Part shown: piece by piece, positions 1 through 8,993 of the stretch | Layout of the letters: the number at the start of each line of letters is the position of its first letter | Numbering within the stretch: position 1 is the stretch's first letter | Origin: Thermoproteota archaeon | GTDB lineage: Archaea; Korarchaeota; Korarchaeia; Korarchaeales; Korarchaeaceae | Length of the DNA: 29,474 bases | Direction: 5' to 3' | Assembly (NCBI GenBank): GCA_027491735.1 | Contig: JAOZGP010000020.1 | Span: 1 to 29,474 of the forward strand | Made by a program: the position numbers and the translations under genes | Notes under the pieces: model-generated | Seen by the model: only the letters and a program-made list of their open reading frames with translations | What the model was told of the DNA's origin: nothing | Databases searched by the model: none

Positions 1-58
1 ACCGCCAGGTTGCCGCTTCCACCCTAGGTGCCCCTATGCCAAGGAGATCTGCAGGGAG
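1..58 (+). repeat. Copy 1 of an identical 58-bp block shared by three ABC ATPase genes
   Basis: ACCGCCAGGTTGCCGCTTCCACCCTAGGTGCCCCTATGCCAAGGAGATCTGCAGGGAG is identical to 5917-5974 and 6902-6959. Confidence 0.95.
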
Positions 59-127
59 GAAAAACCCAAGCTCATTGAGGTGGAATCAGGTCACCTTGTG
101 TCCTGTCATCTGTATAGCCGGAGGTGA
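1..127 (+). CDS. 3' end of oligopeptide/dipeptide ABC transporter ATP-binding subunit (partial)
   Basis: Frame from nt 2 reads [41 protein letters not shown], the Cys-rich C-terminal domain of OppD/OppF-type ATPases; TGA at 125-127. Confidence 0.92.
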   Translation, partial: PPGCRFHPRCPYAKEICREEKPKLIEVESGHLVSCHLYSRR

Positions 128-146
128 ACTTTCCTCCCTCTCTTTA
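128..146 (+). terminator. Pyrimidine-rich putative archaeal terminator
   Basis: CTTTCCTCCCTCTCTTT follows the stop; similar tracts follow the stops at 3038, 7028 and 27192. Confidence 0.35.
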
Positions 147-223
147 CATCACATCACTGAGAAAAAGCCTAAAGCCTCGGTGAGGGGATGAATCAGGGAG
201 GCGGGTTGGTAGGAGGCAGCTAA

Positions 224-233
224 TTTTTTATAT
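224..233 (+). promoter_or_regulatory. Putative TATA box
   Basis: TTTTTTATAT lies ~25 nt upstream of the GC-rich structured segment starting at G257. Confidence 0.5.
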
Positions 234-256
234 TCAGATCCCGGTAGAGAATCGAC

Positions 257-362
257 GGGGCCACGGCTGTGCGCCGCGATCAGGCTTTGACGGCCAAGCC
301 CGGAGGAGGGGTTCTGCTGTACACCTCCCAACCTCCATGAGGCCTCGCGGCGGAAGTCCCCC
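257..362 (+). ncRNA. Candidate structured non-coding RNA or 5' leader of unknown family
   Basis: GC-rich island with nested helices: GGGGC 257-261/GTCCC 356-360; CGCCGCGA 272-279/TCGCGGCG 345-352; GGCTT 283-287/AAGCC 296-300; GGAGG 302-306/CCTCC 332-336; GGGGT 308-312/ACCTC 323-327. Confidence 0.5.
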
Positions 363-396
363 TGGACGAGAGTATCTTAGCTGAAGAGGTTGCCTG

Positions 397-1077
397 ATGG
401 AGGAGTACTATCTGAGGTCGTGTGGGCACGGTGAGATAAGAAGAGTGATAAGTAGGGCTGATAGATACAAGCTCTTCTATGTACCTTACCACATATACAG
501 TGGGGACGCTACACTTGTTATATCTCCATTGGTGTTTGGAAAGCTTCCTTCGGTAGATAACATACTTGGAATAAGGAACAGCTATCTCAGAGAAGCCAGA
601 GGGCCTAGGAACCCATCATTTCAACAGATAGAATCGAATCCGTTAGATCCTCATGAGATCGTCCATCTTCTGAAGAAAGTGATCGAGGACATAGATCTCA
701 TGAATAAGGAATCCTTTAGGGAGGTCTGCTCCTATGCTAAGGAGATACATAAGTGGAATCTCTCCAGAGTCCTTCTGATACCTATAACAAGGTATCCCTC
801 ACGCGATAGGTCAAAGGTCGCTGCTCGAACTTCCTCAATTGTAGCTAAAGCTATTGTTAAGGAGCTGAAATTGGAAAATGTCACATCTTTGGAGTTTGTC
901 GGAACCTTGTACTGCCCGGAGGCTCTTGTTGTGGGCGGTGAGAAAATACAAGTATATGAACTTCTGACCCGGGGGGTGAGGGAGGACCACATACACACAG
1001 AGCTGTACAGGCTCGGAAGATCCTCTCTCAGGGAAGCCTTAGATAATATTCCTTATACTCATAGCTTATTTATATAA
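397..1077 (+). CDS. Hypothetical protein (226 aa)
   Basis: ATG preceded by GAGGT; typical codon usage; no recognised motif. Confidence 0.7.
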   Translation: MEEYYLRSCGHGEIRRVISRADRYKLFYVPYHIYSGDATLVISPLVFGKLPSVDNILGIRNSYLREARGPRNPSFQQIESNPLDPHEIVHLLKKVIEDIDLMNKESFREVCSYAKEIHKWNLSRVLLIPITRYPSRDRSKVAARTSSIVAKAIVKELKLENVTSLEFVGTLYCPEALVVGGEKIQVYELLTRGVREDHIHTELYRLGRSSLREALDNIPYTHSLFI

Positions 1078-1253
1078 TTTTTTCTACTATATAATCGATA
1101 TAATCAAAGTACTTTCTCATGAACTTTAAAATTCTCCGTGATTCTGAAGTAACGTTTGGTTAGAGGAGTCATACAGACCAATCATTCGCTAATCAGTTTT
1201 TCCTGAGAAAAATTTACCTTAAAACGGAGTTTTCCTCTCTCTTCTCTAAGATT

Positions 1254-1311
1254 GGAAAACTTTATTAGATTTAGACGCAGAGAATTATTCTCGACGAACT
1301 CACTGAGTTCG
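1254..1311 (+). promoter_or_regulatory. Promoter of the ABC operon with a palindromic operator candidate
   Basis: BRE/TATA-like GGAAAAC-TTTATTA (1254-1267); perfect inverted repeat CGAACTCA-C-TGAGTTCG (1295-1311) abutting the GGAGGT RBS. Confidence 0.55.
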
Positions 1312-1325
1312 GGAGGTATATACAA

Positions 1326-3038
1326 ATGAGAAGAATAGGTGTATCTAAAGGTATTGTGGCCGCCATAATAATCATAATAGCGATCATAATAGCAGCTGCT
1401 CTGTCCTACAAACCCACCGCCCCCAGCAAACCCACCGCCCCCCCCAAAAAAAAGCCACCCGTAACCTTGACTCTTCCAATGAAGAGCGATATAGTAGCAC
1501 TTAACCCACTAAACCCTAACACAAATACCGTCTGGAATGTCTACGTCTTCTGGCTAGTTGATCCATCTCTCCCTCTTATCACTCTAAAGTCAGATTGGTC
1601 TGACTTCACGGGATGGGCTGCTAAGAGTTGGGAGATCTCTGCTGAGAACGGAAGAACGGTGTTCACAGTTCATCTGAGGCAGGGCATGAAGTGGTCGGAT
1701 GGCAAACCCATAACTGCAGATGATCTGATCTTCTCCTTGAATTATGTAATAGAGAAGGACCTCGCTCCTACCTGGAAGGAAATGTTCGATAAAGCCGTTA
1801 AGGTGGATGATCTTACAGTGAAAATCTACCTGAAGGATCAGTATCCGCTCGCTTACTTCTGGAGCTATATACCCAGTATAATACCCAAACAGGTATATGA
1901 GAACGTCAAGGATCCGGTGCACTGGGAGCCAAAGATCTCTGAGTACGTAGGAGCCGGCCCGTACAAGCTTGTCAAGTGGGTCAAGGGGCAGTACGTTGAG
2001 CTCGAAAAGAAGGACAGCTGGTGGGGCACCAGCATCTGGAATGGTCCTCTAGTGGATAAAATAATCCTTAGAGTCATAAAGACTGATGACGCCATACTCT
2101 TGGCCCTCAAGAAGAAGGACGTAGCCGCTGATACTTGGTACGTACCGCCTACAAGCCTCGTGATGGTAAATTCGCTTCCGTACATAAAGGTCATAACAAA
2201 GGCCGATCCTGGCTTCTACTACTTAGCGTTCAACCTCAGAAAGAAGCCCATGTCCGATCTAGCATTCAGAAAAGCTATAGCGTACTGTACTCCTAAGGAG
2301 GAGATCGTGAAGACCTTGCTGCTTGGTCAGGCGTATCCGATGCCTGCTGCTCCCATATCTGAGTTCTACGCTGAACATGGATATCTCGCGCCCAACTTGC
2401 CCAAGTACGAGTTCAATCTGACGAAAGCTAAGGAGGTTCTTGAGGAAGCCGGATACAAGGACGTCAATGGCGACGGTTGGCTCGAGATGCCGGATGGAAG
2501 CCCAATAAAAGTGACCATACTCACCCCAAGCTACGACCCGATAAGAGTCAGGGCTGGTGAGATGATAGCTGCTAATGCCAAGAAAGTTGGTCTAAACGTT
2601 GAGTCCAGGGCTGTCGACTTTAATACAATAGTTGAGGATGTGTGGCCTTCAAGCGGAGAGCCTACTTTCGATATGTACATACTTGGCTGGGGAGTCACTG
2701 ACCTAGAACCATTCTATCTGAGAGATTTCTTCCACAGCTCTCAGGACGTCGTAGTAACTCATGGGATGGGTCTCAACTCGCCAGGCTATAACAACTCCAA
2801 GTTCGATGAGGTGATCGATGCAGCGGTCAAGACCATTGACAAGAACAAGAGGAAGCAGCTATTCTACGAAGCAGAGAAATACCTGGCTGGGGATCTACCG
2901 TACGTGCCACTCTACTCTAGGGCTGCTAACTATGCTTACAACATAGAGGACTGGGCTGGATGGTGTGCTGAGTGGCAGAACGGTCCTGCCTCCTGGGACA
3001 ACATCTGGACGTTTTTACACATACACAAAGCGACATAA
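1326..3038 (+). CDS. ABC transporter substrate-binding protein, family 5 (peptide/nickel)
   Basis: LRQGMKWSDGKPITADDLIFS, VGAGPYKL and FRKAIAY motifs; N-terminal hydrophobic anchor and Pro/Lys linker; DVNGDGWLE EF-hand-like loop. Confidence 0.95.
   Translation: MRRIGVSKGIVAAIIIIIAIIIAAALSYKPTAPSKPTAPPKKKPPVTLTLPMKSDIVALNPLNPNTNTVWNVYVFWLVDPSLPLITLKSDWSDFTGWAAKSWEISAENGRTVFTVHLRQGMKWSDGKPITADDLIFSLNYVIEKDLAPTWKEMFDKAVKVDDLTVKIYLKDQYPLAYFWSYIPSIIPKQVYENVKDPVHWEPKISEYVGAGPYKLVKWVKGQYVELEKKDSWWGTSIWNGPLVDKIILRVIKTDDAILLALKKKDVAADTWYVPPTSLVMVNSLPYIKVITKADPGFYYLAFNLRKKPMSDLAFRKAIAYCTPKEEIVKTLLLGQAYPMPAAPISEFYAEHGYLAPNLPKYEFNLTKAKEVLEEAGYKDVNGDGWLEMPDGSPIKVTILTPSYDPIRVRAGEMIAANAKKVGLNVESRAVDFNTIVEDVWPSSGEPTFDMYILGWGVTDLEPFYLRDFFHSSQDVVVTHGMGLNSPGYNNSKFDEVIDAAVKTIDKNKRKQLFYEAEKYLAGDLPYVPLYSRAANYAYNIEDWAGWCAEWQNGPASWDNIWTFLHIHKAT
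1409..1453 (+). repeat. 18-bp-period tandem duplication followed by C8A8 homopolymers
   Basis: CAAACCCACCGCCCCC at 1409-1424 and 1427-1442; C8 at 1438-1445 and A8 at 1446-1453; encodes KPTAPS-KPTAPP-KKK. Confidence 0.85.
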
Positions 3039-3058
3039 CCCCCCTCCAATCTTTTTTA
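3039..3058 (+). terminator. Putative oligo-T terminator after the binding-protein gene
   Basis: CCCCCTCCAATCTTTTTT directly after the TAA. Confidence 0.4.
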
Positions 3059-3219
3059 TCGAAGATCAGTTGGGCCCATTGTTACAATAATAAGAGGAAA
3101 GTTCCGAACGAAAAATCATGTTTTTTTTTCTCAAGGAAATCTATTCACACATGCCCTCTCGGGTTAAGTTTTTACTCAGAGCTCGATCGGGGGTTTCATG
3201 AGAGGAGATCGGAGGGTAA

Positions 3220-4191
3220 TTGATGGGACTGGCTAGATATGCTATCAAGAGGGCGGTCCATTCTCTAGCCCTCGTCTTCTTCGTTGTCTCTCTGGATTTT
3301 GTGCTCTTCCGCTGCATGCCTGGAAATCCCATAGCGAGGCTGTTAGATCCGAGAATGAAACCTGAGATGAAGGCATATCTGATGCATCTATTTGGTCTGG
3401 ACAGACCTTTGTGGGAGCAGTACCTTCTCTACATAAAGAACTTGATGACTGGAAATATGGGTTATAGCTTCATAACCCTGAGACCAGTCTCTGAGATGAT
3501 AATGGACAGACTTCCTTGGACACTAGCCTTGATGGTTCCCTCTGTGGTTTTTTCCCTTATAATAGGGACGCTCATAGGGGTGTATGCCTCTTGGAGAAGG
3601 GGAGGGCTCGTAGATGTGACCACCACCATAGTAACAATGGTATTCTACGCCATGCCCGTGTTCTGGCTGGGCGGACTTCTCATGCTCTATTTCGCCGTGT
3701 ATCTAGGATGGTTTCCGATAGCAGGTGCAGTAACTCCCGGGGCAACATATAATTCCATATTTGATGAGATAACAGACGTCGTGTGGCATGCAACCTTACC
3801 GATGCTCGCCTTAACTCTCATAACCGTGGCCTACAACTTCATGCTTACCAGGGATGTCATGCTTGATGCTGTCTCCCAGGACTTCATCCTAACAGCCAAG
3901 GCCAAGGGGATCTCAGAGGGAAAGATCATGTTCAAACACGCGTTCAGAAACGCTTTGCTGCCAATAGTTACTAACGCTGTTCTGTCTCTAGCTGGAACAA
4001 TAAGTGGAGCAATTCTCACGGAAACGGTGTTCAGCTGGCCTGGCCTCGGAACCTTGACATACCAAGCCATAGAAGCGCAGGACTATCCTCTCCTTCAAGG
4101 GCTCTTCTTCATTTATACGGTTGTCACCATAATTGCAATATACTTCCTCGATCTAACATATGGATTTATTGATCCTAGAATAAGAAGGTGA
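3220..4191 (+). CDS. Peptide ABC transporter permease (OppB/DppB family)
   Basis: MPGNP, GLDRPLWEQY and DFILTAKAKG (EAA-type loop) motifs, ETVFSWPGLG, C-terminal DPRIR; start may be the ATG at 3223. Confidence 0.95.
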   Translation: MMGLARYAIKRAVHSLALVFFVVSLDFVLFRCMPGNPIARLLDPRMKPEMKAYLMHLFGLDRPLWEQYLLYIKNLMTGNMGYSFITLRPVSEMIMDRLPWTLALMVPSVVFSLIIGTLIGVYASWRRGGLVDVTTTIVTMVFYAMPVFWLGGLLMLYFAVYLGWFPIAGAVTPGATYNSIFDEITDVVWHATLPMLALTLITVAYNFMLTRDVMLDAVSQDFILTAKAKGISEGKIMFKHAFRNALLPIVTNAVLSLAGTISGAILTETVFSWPGLGTLTYQAIEAQDYPLLQGLFFIYTVVTIIAIYFLDLTYGFIDPRIRR

Positions 4192-5078
4192 TGTTCTTGG
4201 ACAGAAGAAAGCTAAAACTTTGGGAGAAGGAGGCAAAGGAATTTTGGGATTCCTTTAGGCAGTATAAGCTAGGCCTACTCGGACTGGGCATCCTCCTGCT
4301 CTTCATATTCATTGCCGTTTTTGCACCTTATGTAGCTTCCTATCCGATATCTCTAACGAACGTGAACCCCTCTGAGGTCCTGAGACCACCTTCATGGAAG
4401 CATCCTCTAGGCACTGATGAACTTGGAAGGGATATGCTGAGCTTGGTGATCTACGGAAGCAGGGCTTCTCTCTTGGTGGGCTTCATGGCTACCGTAATAA
4501 TAATAGTCATAGGAACTCTTCTGGGACTGCTCTCAGGATATGTGGGAGGGCTTGTCGATGATGCAATCATGTGGGTGACTAACGCTCTGTACGTCCTTCC
4601 CTTCCTGGTCCTATGCATAGTGTTCGCTGCCGTCCTGGGCCCTTCTATATGGAACATAATCTTGGTCTTGGGCATGCTCGGATGGACCGGCACGGCTCTG
4701 CTTGTGAGATCTCAGACCCTATCAGTTAAAGAGGAGCAGTATGTGGAGGCGGCCAAGGTCATGGGAGCTGGAAGGCTACACATAATCTTCAAACATATTC
4801 TTCCTAATGTAATGCCTCTTGTCTTTGTTCAGGCAGCCTTCAGCATAGCTAATGCCATACTGGTCGAGGCGGGACTGAGCTTTCTCGGACTGGGGGATCC
4901 CAACTGGATGAGCTGGGGGGAAATTCTCTATTATGCTGAACAGTTCGGCGCATTCTCGGGTGGCTACTGGTGGTATGTAGTGCCTCCTGGGTTGATAATA
5001 ACTGTGGTGTGCACCGCAGTTCTGTTCGTCAATCATGCTCTTGACGAGATAGTCAATCCAAGGCTCAGAAAGAGGTGA
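4188..5078 (+). CDS. Peptide ABC transporter permease (OppC/DppC family)
   Basis: [26 protein letters not shown] and [10 protein letters not shown] motifs; GTGA overlap with the upstream gene. Confidence 0.95.
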   Translation: MMFLDRRKLKLWEKEAKEFWDSFRQYKLGLLGLGILLLFIFIAVFAPYVASYPISLTNVNPSEVLRPPSWKHPLGTDELGRDMLSLVIYGSRASLLVGFMATVIIIVIGTLLGLLSGYVGGLVDDAIMWVTNALYVLPFLVLCIVFAAVLGPSIWNIILVLGMLGWTGTALLVRSQTLSVKEEQYVEAAKVMGAGRLHIIFKHILPNVMPLVFVQAAFSIANAILVEAGLSFLGLGDPNWMSWGEILYYAEQFGAFSGGYWWYVVPPGLIITVVCTAVLFVNHALDEIVNPRLRKR

Positions 5079-6031
5079 ATGATATGGTTCTACTCAAGGT
5101 AAACGACCTTAAGGTTTACTATGAGACTAAGAAAGGATATGTTAAAGCCGTGGATGGCATTTCATTTGAACTCGAGAAGGGAGAAGTCCTGGGACTCGCC
5201 GGTGAGAGCGGCTGTGGAAAGACCACCACAGCATATGCCATAACGAGGTTATTGCCATATAATGGTAAAATACTCAGTGGTCAAATAATCTTTGATGGCA
5301 AGGATCTGGTGAAGCTGGGTGAGAAAGAACTAAAGGATGTGAGGTGGAAGAGGATCTCCATGATCTTTCAGGGGGCTATGAATGCTCTGAACCCGATGTT
5401 CACAGTGGGGGATCAGATAGCAGAGGCCATATTGACTCACACAGATATGTCCAAGAGGGAGGCTCTTGAGCTTGCTAGCAAACTGCTTGAGGAAGTTGGT
5501 ATAGAGAGCAGCAGGATCAAGAGCTATCCTTTCGAACTTTCCGGAGGTATGAAGCAAAGAGTTATCATAGCAATGGCCATGGCTCTGAATCCAGATCTGG
5601 TGATCGCTGACGAACCCACAACCGCTTTGGATGTGGTTGTTCAGGCTCAGATTCTAAACCTCATGAGAACTCTACAGAAAAGAAGGGGTATGGCTCTAAT
5701 ACTGATATCCCACGATTTGGGAGTTATAGCTGAACTCTCAAATCTCATAGGCATCTTTTATGCTGGTAAAATATTGGAGCTTGGCGATCTCAACAGGATA
5801 TTGACGGAACCAAAACACCCATACACCCAAGGACTTCTTGCAGCTTTTCCAAACTTAAGAGGGCCTAAGAGAAGACTTTACAGTATAGGGGGTACTCCAC
5901 CAAATCTACTTAATCCACCGCCAGGTTGCCGCTTCCACCCTAGGTGCCCCTATGCCAAGGAGATCTGCAGGGAGAAGGAACCTGAGATGAGGTATGTGAA
6001 CGGCAGGTACGTTGCCTGCCATCTGTATTGA
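5075..6031 (+). CDS. Peptide ABC transporter ATP-binding protein (OppD/DppD family)
   Basis: Walker A GESGCGKT, signature LSGGMKQR, Walker [12 protein letters not shown]-terminal GCRFHPRC domain. Confidence 0.95.
   Translation: MNDMVLLKVNDLKVYYETKKGYVKAVDGISFELEKGEVLGLAGESGCGKTTTAYAITRLLPYNGKILSGQIIFDGKDLVKLGEKELKDVRWKRISMIFQGAMNALNPMFTVGDQIAEAILTHTDMSKREALELASKLLEEVGIESSRIKSYPFELSGGMKQRVIIAMAMALNPDLVIADEPTTALDVVVQAQILNLMRTLQKRRGMALILISHDLGVIAELSNLIGIFYAGKILELGDLNRILTEPKHPYTQGLLAAFPNLRGPKRRLYSIGGTPPNLLNPPPGCRFHPRCPYAKEICREKEPEMRYVNGRYVACHLY
5917..5990 (+). repeat. Copy 2 of the identical block (74 bp shared with copy 3)
   Basis: Identical to 6902-6975; the first 58 bp also match 1-58. Confidence 0.95.
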
Positions 6032-6044
6032 GGGGGGCGGTCCA

Positions 6045-7028
6045 ATGGCTGTTGAATCCTCCCACAATCTGGTAGAGGTCAAGAACCTTAAGGTGTACTT
6101 TCCGGTCAGGGGAGGGCTCTTCAGGAGGAAAAAGCTTTATGTTAGAGCTGTTGATGGGGTCTCCTTTAGCATAGGGAAGAAAGAAATCTTCGGGCTAGCT
6201 GGTGAGAGCGGCTCCGGAAAGACAACGATAGGAAGAGCTCTCCTGAGGGTTGTGGACATAACAGAAGGGGAGATCCTTTTTGATGGCAAGGATCTGGTGA
6301 AGATGGACGAGAAGGAACTAAGAAAATTAAGGCCAAAAATGCAGATGATATTTCAAGACCCATATTCTGCTTTGAATCCAAGAATGACCGTGTATGACAT
6401 AGTTGCCGAACCGCTCAGGGTTCATGGCTATGAGGACGTTGACCTCAGGGTTGAGAAGGCGCTCAGAGAGGTCGGACTTAGTGTTGAGGAGTTCGGCTTT
6501 AGATTCCCTCATGAGCTTTCCGGAGGTCAGAGGCAGAGAGTGGCCATAGCAAGGGTGCTGGTTCTGGAACCTGACTTCATAGTGGCCGATGAGCCCACCT
6601 CCATGCTCGATGTCTCCGTGAGATCTGGGATATTGGAGCTTCTCTTGGATCTCAGGGACAAAGAGGACGTCACTTATCTATTCATAACACATGATCTGGC
6701 CCTAGCCCGCTATGTGACTGATAGATTGGCGGTGATGTACCTGGGGAAGTTTATGGAGGTTGGTTCAACTGAAGAGGTGATAAGCAACCCGATGCATCCT
6801 TATACCCAAGCTCTGATAAGCAGCTTTCCTGAACCAAGTCCAGAGCTCAAGAAAGAGAGGAGAATAATTCTCAAAGGGGAGATACCCAGCCCGATAAACA
6901 TACCGCCAGGTTGCCGCTTCCACCCTAGGTGCCCCTATGCCAAGGAGATCTGCAGGGAGAAGGAACCTGAGATGACAGAAGTAAGTTCTGGACATCTAAC
7001 TGCCTGTCACATGGTTTCTCGGAAGTGA
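6045..7028 (+). CDS. Peptide ABC transporter ATP-binding protein (OppF/DppF family)
   Basis: GESGSGKT, LSGGQRQR, VADEPTSMLD and GCRFHPRC motifs; ATG at 6045 after GAGGGGG preferred over the TTG at 6012. Confidence 0.95.
   Translation: MAVESSHNLVEVKNLKVYFPVRGGLFRRKKLYVRAVDGVSFSIGKKEIFGLAGESGSGKTTIGRALLRVVDITEGEILFDGKDLVKMDEKELRKLRPKMQMIFQDPYSALNPRMTVYDIVAEPLRVHGYEDVDLRVEKALREVGLSVEEFGFRFPHELSGGQRQRVAIARVLVLEPDFIVADEPTSMLDVSVRSGILELLLDLRDKEDVTYLFITHDLALARYVTDRLAVMYLGKFMEVGSTEEVISNPMHPYTQALISSFPEPSPELKKERRIILKGEIPSPINIPPGCRFHPRCPYAKEICREKEPEMTEVSSGHLTACHMVSRK
6902..6975 (+). repeat. Copy 3 of the identical block
   Basis: Identical to 5917-5990. Confidence 0.95.
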
Positions 7029-7092
7029 AGGCCTCAACCTTCTCTCCCTTTCTCTCTATATTCTGCTTTCTGTTTGCTTCCTCATAGTTGCA

Positions 7093-7524
7093 TTACTCTT
7101 TAGGAAACAGCACTATTGTATTGTTCCTGGATATGCTGACACCAACACCTTCGCTAAAGGTTTTTCCATCTATTCTGACCATTATATGTCCTATTCCCGA
7201 TTCCTCGAAGATCCTGCAATTCTTTATTGTGACAAGAACGCATATATAGTTCTCCGCTCTTCTGGAAAGGGTGAAGAGCTGGACGGTTTTCTCAATTCCG
7301 ATATCTGGTATCTTCACTGTGGTTGTGGTCTTTGTCCTGTTCACCTTCCAGGAGTAGTACGCCTTTCTTATGGCCTCTCCCAACTTCTCGGCTAGCCCAC
7401 CCTTTATATTCCATTTATATGAATAGTAGTCACAATCAGGCATCCTCAGGATGGCCAGCCACGTAACGAAAAAGCATCCTAGAATGAAAAACATGAAAAT
7501 CAGAGAACTGATAAACCTCCTCAA
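7093..7524 (-). CDS. Hypothetical membrane-anchored or secreted protein
   Basis: N-terminal hydrophobic helix; TTG start overlaps the aminotransferase stop (TTGA). Confidence 0.7.
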   Translation of the reverse strand: MRRFISSLIFMFFILGCFFVTWLAILRMPDCDYYSYKWNIKGGLAEKLGEAIRKAYYSWKVNRTKTTTTVKIPDIGIEKTVQLFTLSRRAENYICVLVTIKNCRIFEESGIGHIMVRIDGKTFSEGVGVSISRNNTIVLFPKE

Positions 7525-8615
7525 AGTTCAGACACCTCTCTCTTGAGCACTTCAGTCATGAGATCTATGTCTTCTCTACTCAACTTCCCGTAGGATATTC
7601 TAAACCACTCAGCATCAGCCTTGAAGTTCTCTCCTGGAACCACTCCGACTACAACATCCCCTCTGCTCAACAAGGACTTCGTCAGCTCGTTCGAGTCCTT
7701 CACCTTATCATGGGTCATGAATAAGTATATTGCTCCTCTCGGTTCAGGGAACCTGAACCCGATCTCGGAGAGCCTCTCCACTAGGGCATCTCTCTTAAGC
7801 TTGTAGTTGTATCTGACTGACTCTAGGTAGTCAGAGGTACAAGCGTAGATGAGGTACATCAAGAGAAGCTGTGACACCTCTGAAATTCCAGTGGATGTTA
7901 TGTAAACAGCTCTTGAGAGCCTCTCCAGATCCAGAGCCTCCCAGTACACGTATCCGAGCCTTAGGCCGGGAACAGCGAACACCTTGCTAAATGTGTCGAT
8001 GATAACATCACCGACCAGCTCAGGCCTCTCCTCATAGTATATCTGCGAGTAGGCAGAATCGTTTATCAGAAGAACTCCCCTATCTTTGAGTTTTTCCCAC
8101 AGATCTACAAGCTCATCACTCGATGGATAATATCCCGTTGGATTATTTGGATAATTTATGAGCACAGCCCTTGTCTTTGGGGTCAAAGCTTCCAGCACAC
8201 CCCTAATTCCTTTCAGCGGATCGTAGGTCCTGAAGCGGATCTCGATGAAGTCCGAGTAGTAGTAATACGGAGGAAATCCTGGAGCCGGTAGCAGGATCTC
8301 GCTTCCTTTAAGAGCTAATAGAACAGTAGTCAGACCATGTGTGCCTCCATTCGTCAAAAAAATCCTGTCTACTTCTAGTTTTCTTCCTGAAAACCTCTCA
8401 ATGTACTCTGCCACTCTTTCCCGAACACTTGCCATCCCCTGATATGGTAAATAATCGAGACCGACGTCCCAGATCCTTCTCAGAGCTGTTGAGATGGGCA
8501 TGGGGGGAGGATGAGAAGGAGCTCCTATGTGAGCATCCACAACCCTTAAGCCTTCGCTCTTTCTCTCTCTGCATATGTTGTAGACATCCCTAATTGTGAG
8601 AATCTCTCTCCTCAA
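7521..8615 (-). CDS. PLP-dependent aminotransferase class I/II (aspartate aminotransferase-like)
   Basis: NYPNNPTG, DSAY, and TFSKVFAVPGLRLGY with the PLP lysine; WFRISY. Confidence 0.92.
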   Translation of the reverse strand: MRREILTIRDVYNICRERKSEGLRVVDAHIGAPSHPPPMPISTALRRIWDVGLDYLPYQGMASVRERVAEYIERFSGRKLEVDRIFLTNGGTHGLTTVLLALKGSEILLPAPGFPPYYYYSDFIEIRFRTYDPLKGIRGVLEALTPKTRAVLINYPNNPTGYYPSSDELVDLWEKLKDRGVLLINDSAYSQIYYEERPELVGDVIIDTFSKVFAVPGLRLGYVYWEALDLERLSRAVYITSTGISEVSQLLLMYLIYACTSDYLESVRYNYKLKRDALVERLSEIGFRFPEPRGAIYLFMTHDKVKDSNELTKSLLSRGDVVVGVVPGENFKADAEWFRISYGKLSREDIDLMTEVLKREVSEL

Positions 8616-8790
8616 TTAGAACATCTCCCTTAGAGCTGGTCTGCTTCTACTAAAAATTTCTCCAATTAGATCTCCACTTAAAGAGCTTCTCATGTCTAAT
8701 AGGGAACCCTCCTTCATGTAGGAGGGAAACTTAATATTTTAGTACCGATATGTAGTTGTAAAAGGATTAAACGCTAGGAGGTTACTGGTC

Positions 8791-8991
8791 TTGGATCTAG
8801 ATGATTTAGCTAGAGCCTTTAGGGAGGAGCTAAGAGATCTGGGTGTTGATGACCCCGATAGAATAACCAATGCCTTGTTAGGAGCTATCCTGATAACACA
8901 ACTCTTCTCCGATGAAAATAGCAATTCTAAAGCGAAAAGAAGGCGTAAAAGATCTAGCAGGCTTGTTAGCAGGAGGAAAGTAGTTCACTAA
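8791..8991 (+). CDS. Small hypothetical protein with a basic C-terminal tail
   Basis: TTG start after AGGAGG; fills the gap between convergent neighbours. Confidence 0.5.
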   Translation: MDLDDLARAFREELRDLGVDDPDRITNALLGAILITQLFSDENSNSKAKRRRKRSSRLVSRRKVVH

Positions 8992-8993
8992 TT

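Noticed and set aside
197-245. tRNA-Sec-like fragments (GGTTGGTAG ... TTCAGATCC)
   Set aside because: They are separated by an AT-rich TATA tract, and no acceptor, anticodon or T arm pairing can be built.
257-450. RNase P, SRP, 5S or H/ACA identity for the GC-rich RNA
   Set aside because: GGAAGTCC resembles RNase P CR-I but the other conserved regions are absent; there is no SRP helix-8 motif, no 5S loop C and no 3' ACA box on the promoter-bearing strand.
1-6975. DGR template/variable repeat or CRISPR interpretation of the 58-bp repeats
   Set aside because: The copies have no adenine-specific mismatches and no spacers, lie within coding frames, and no reverse transcriptase or cas gene is present.
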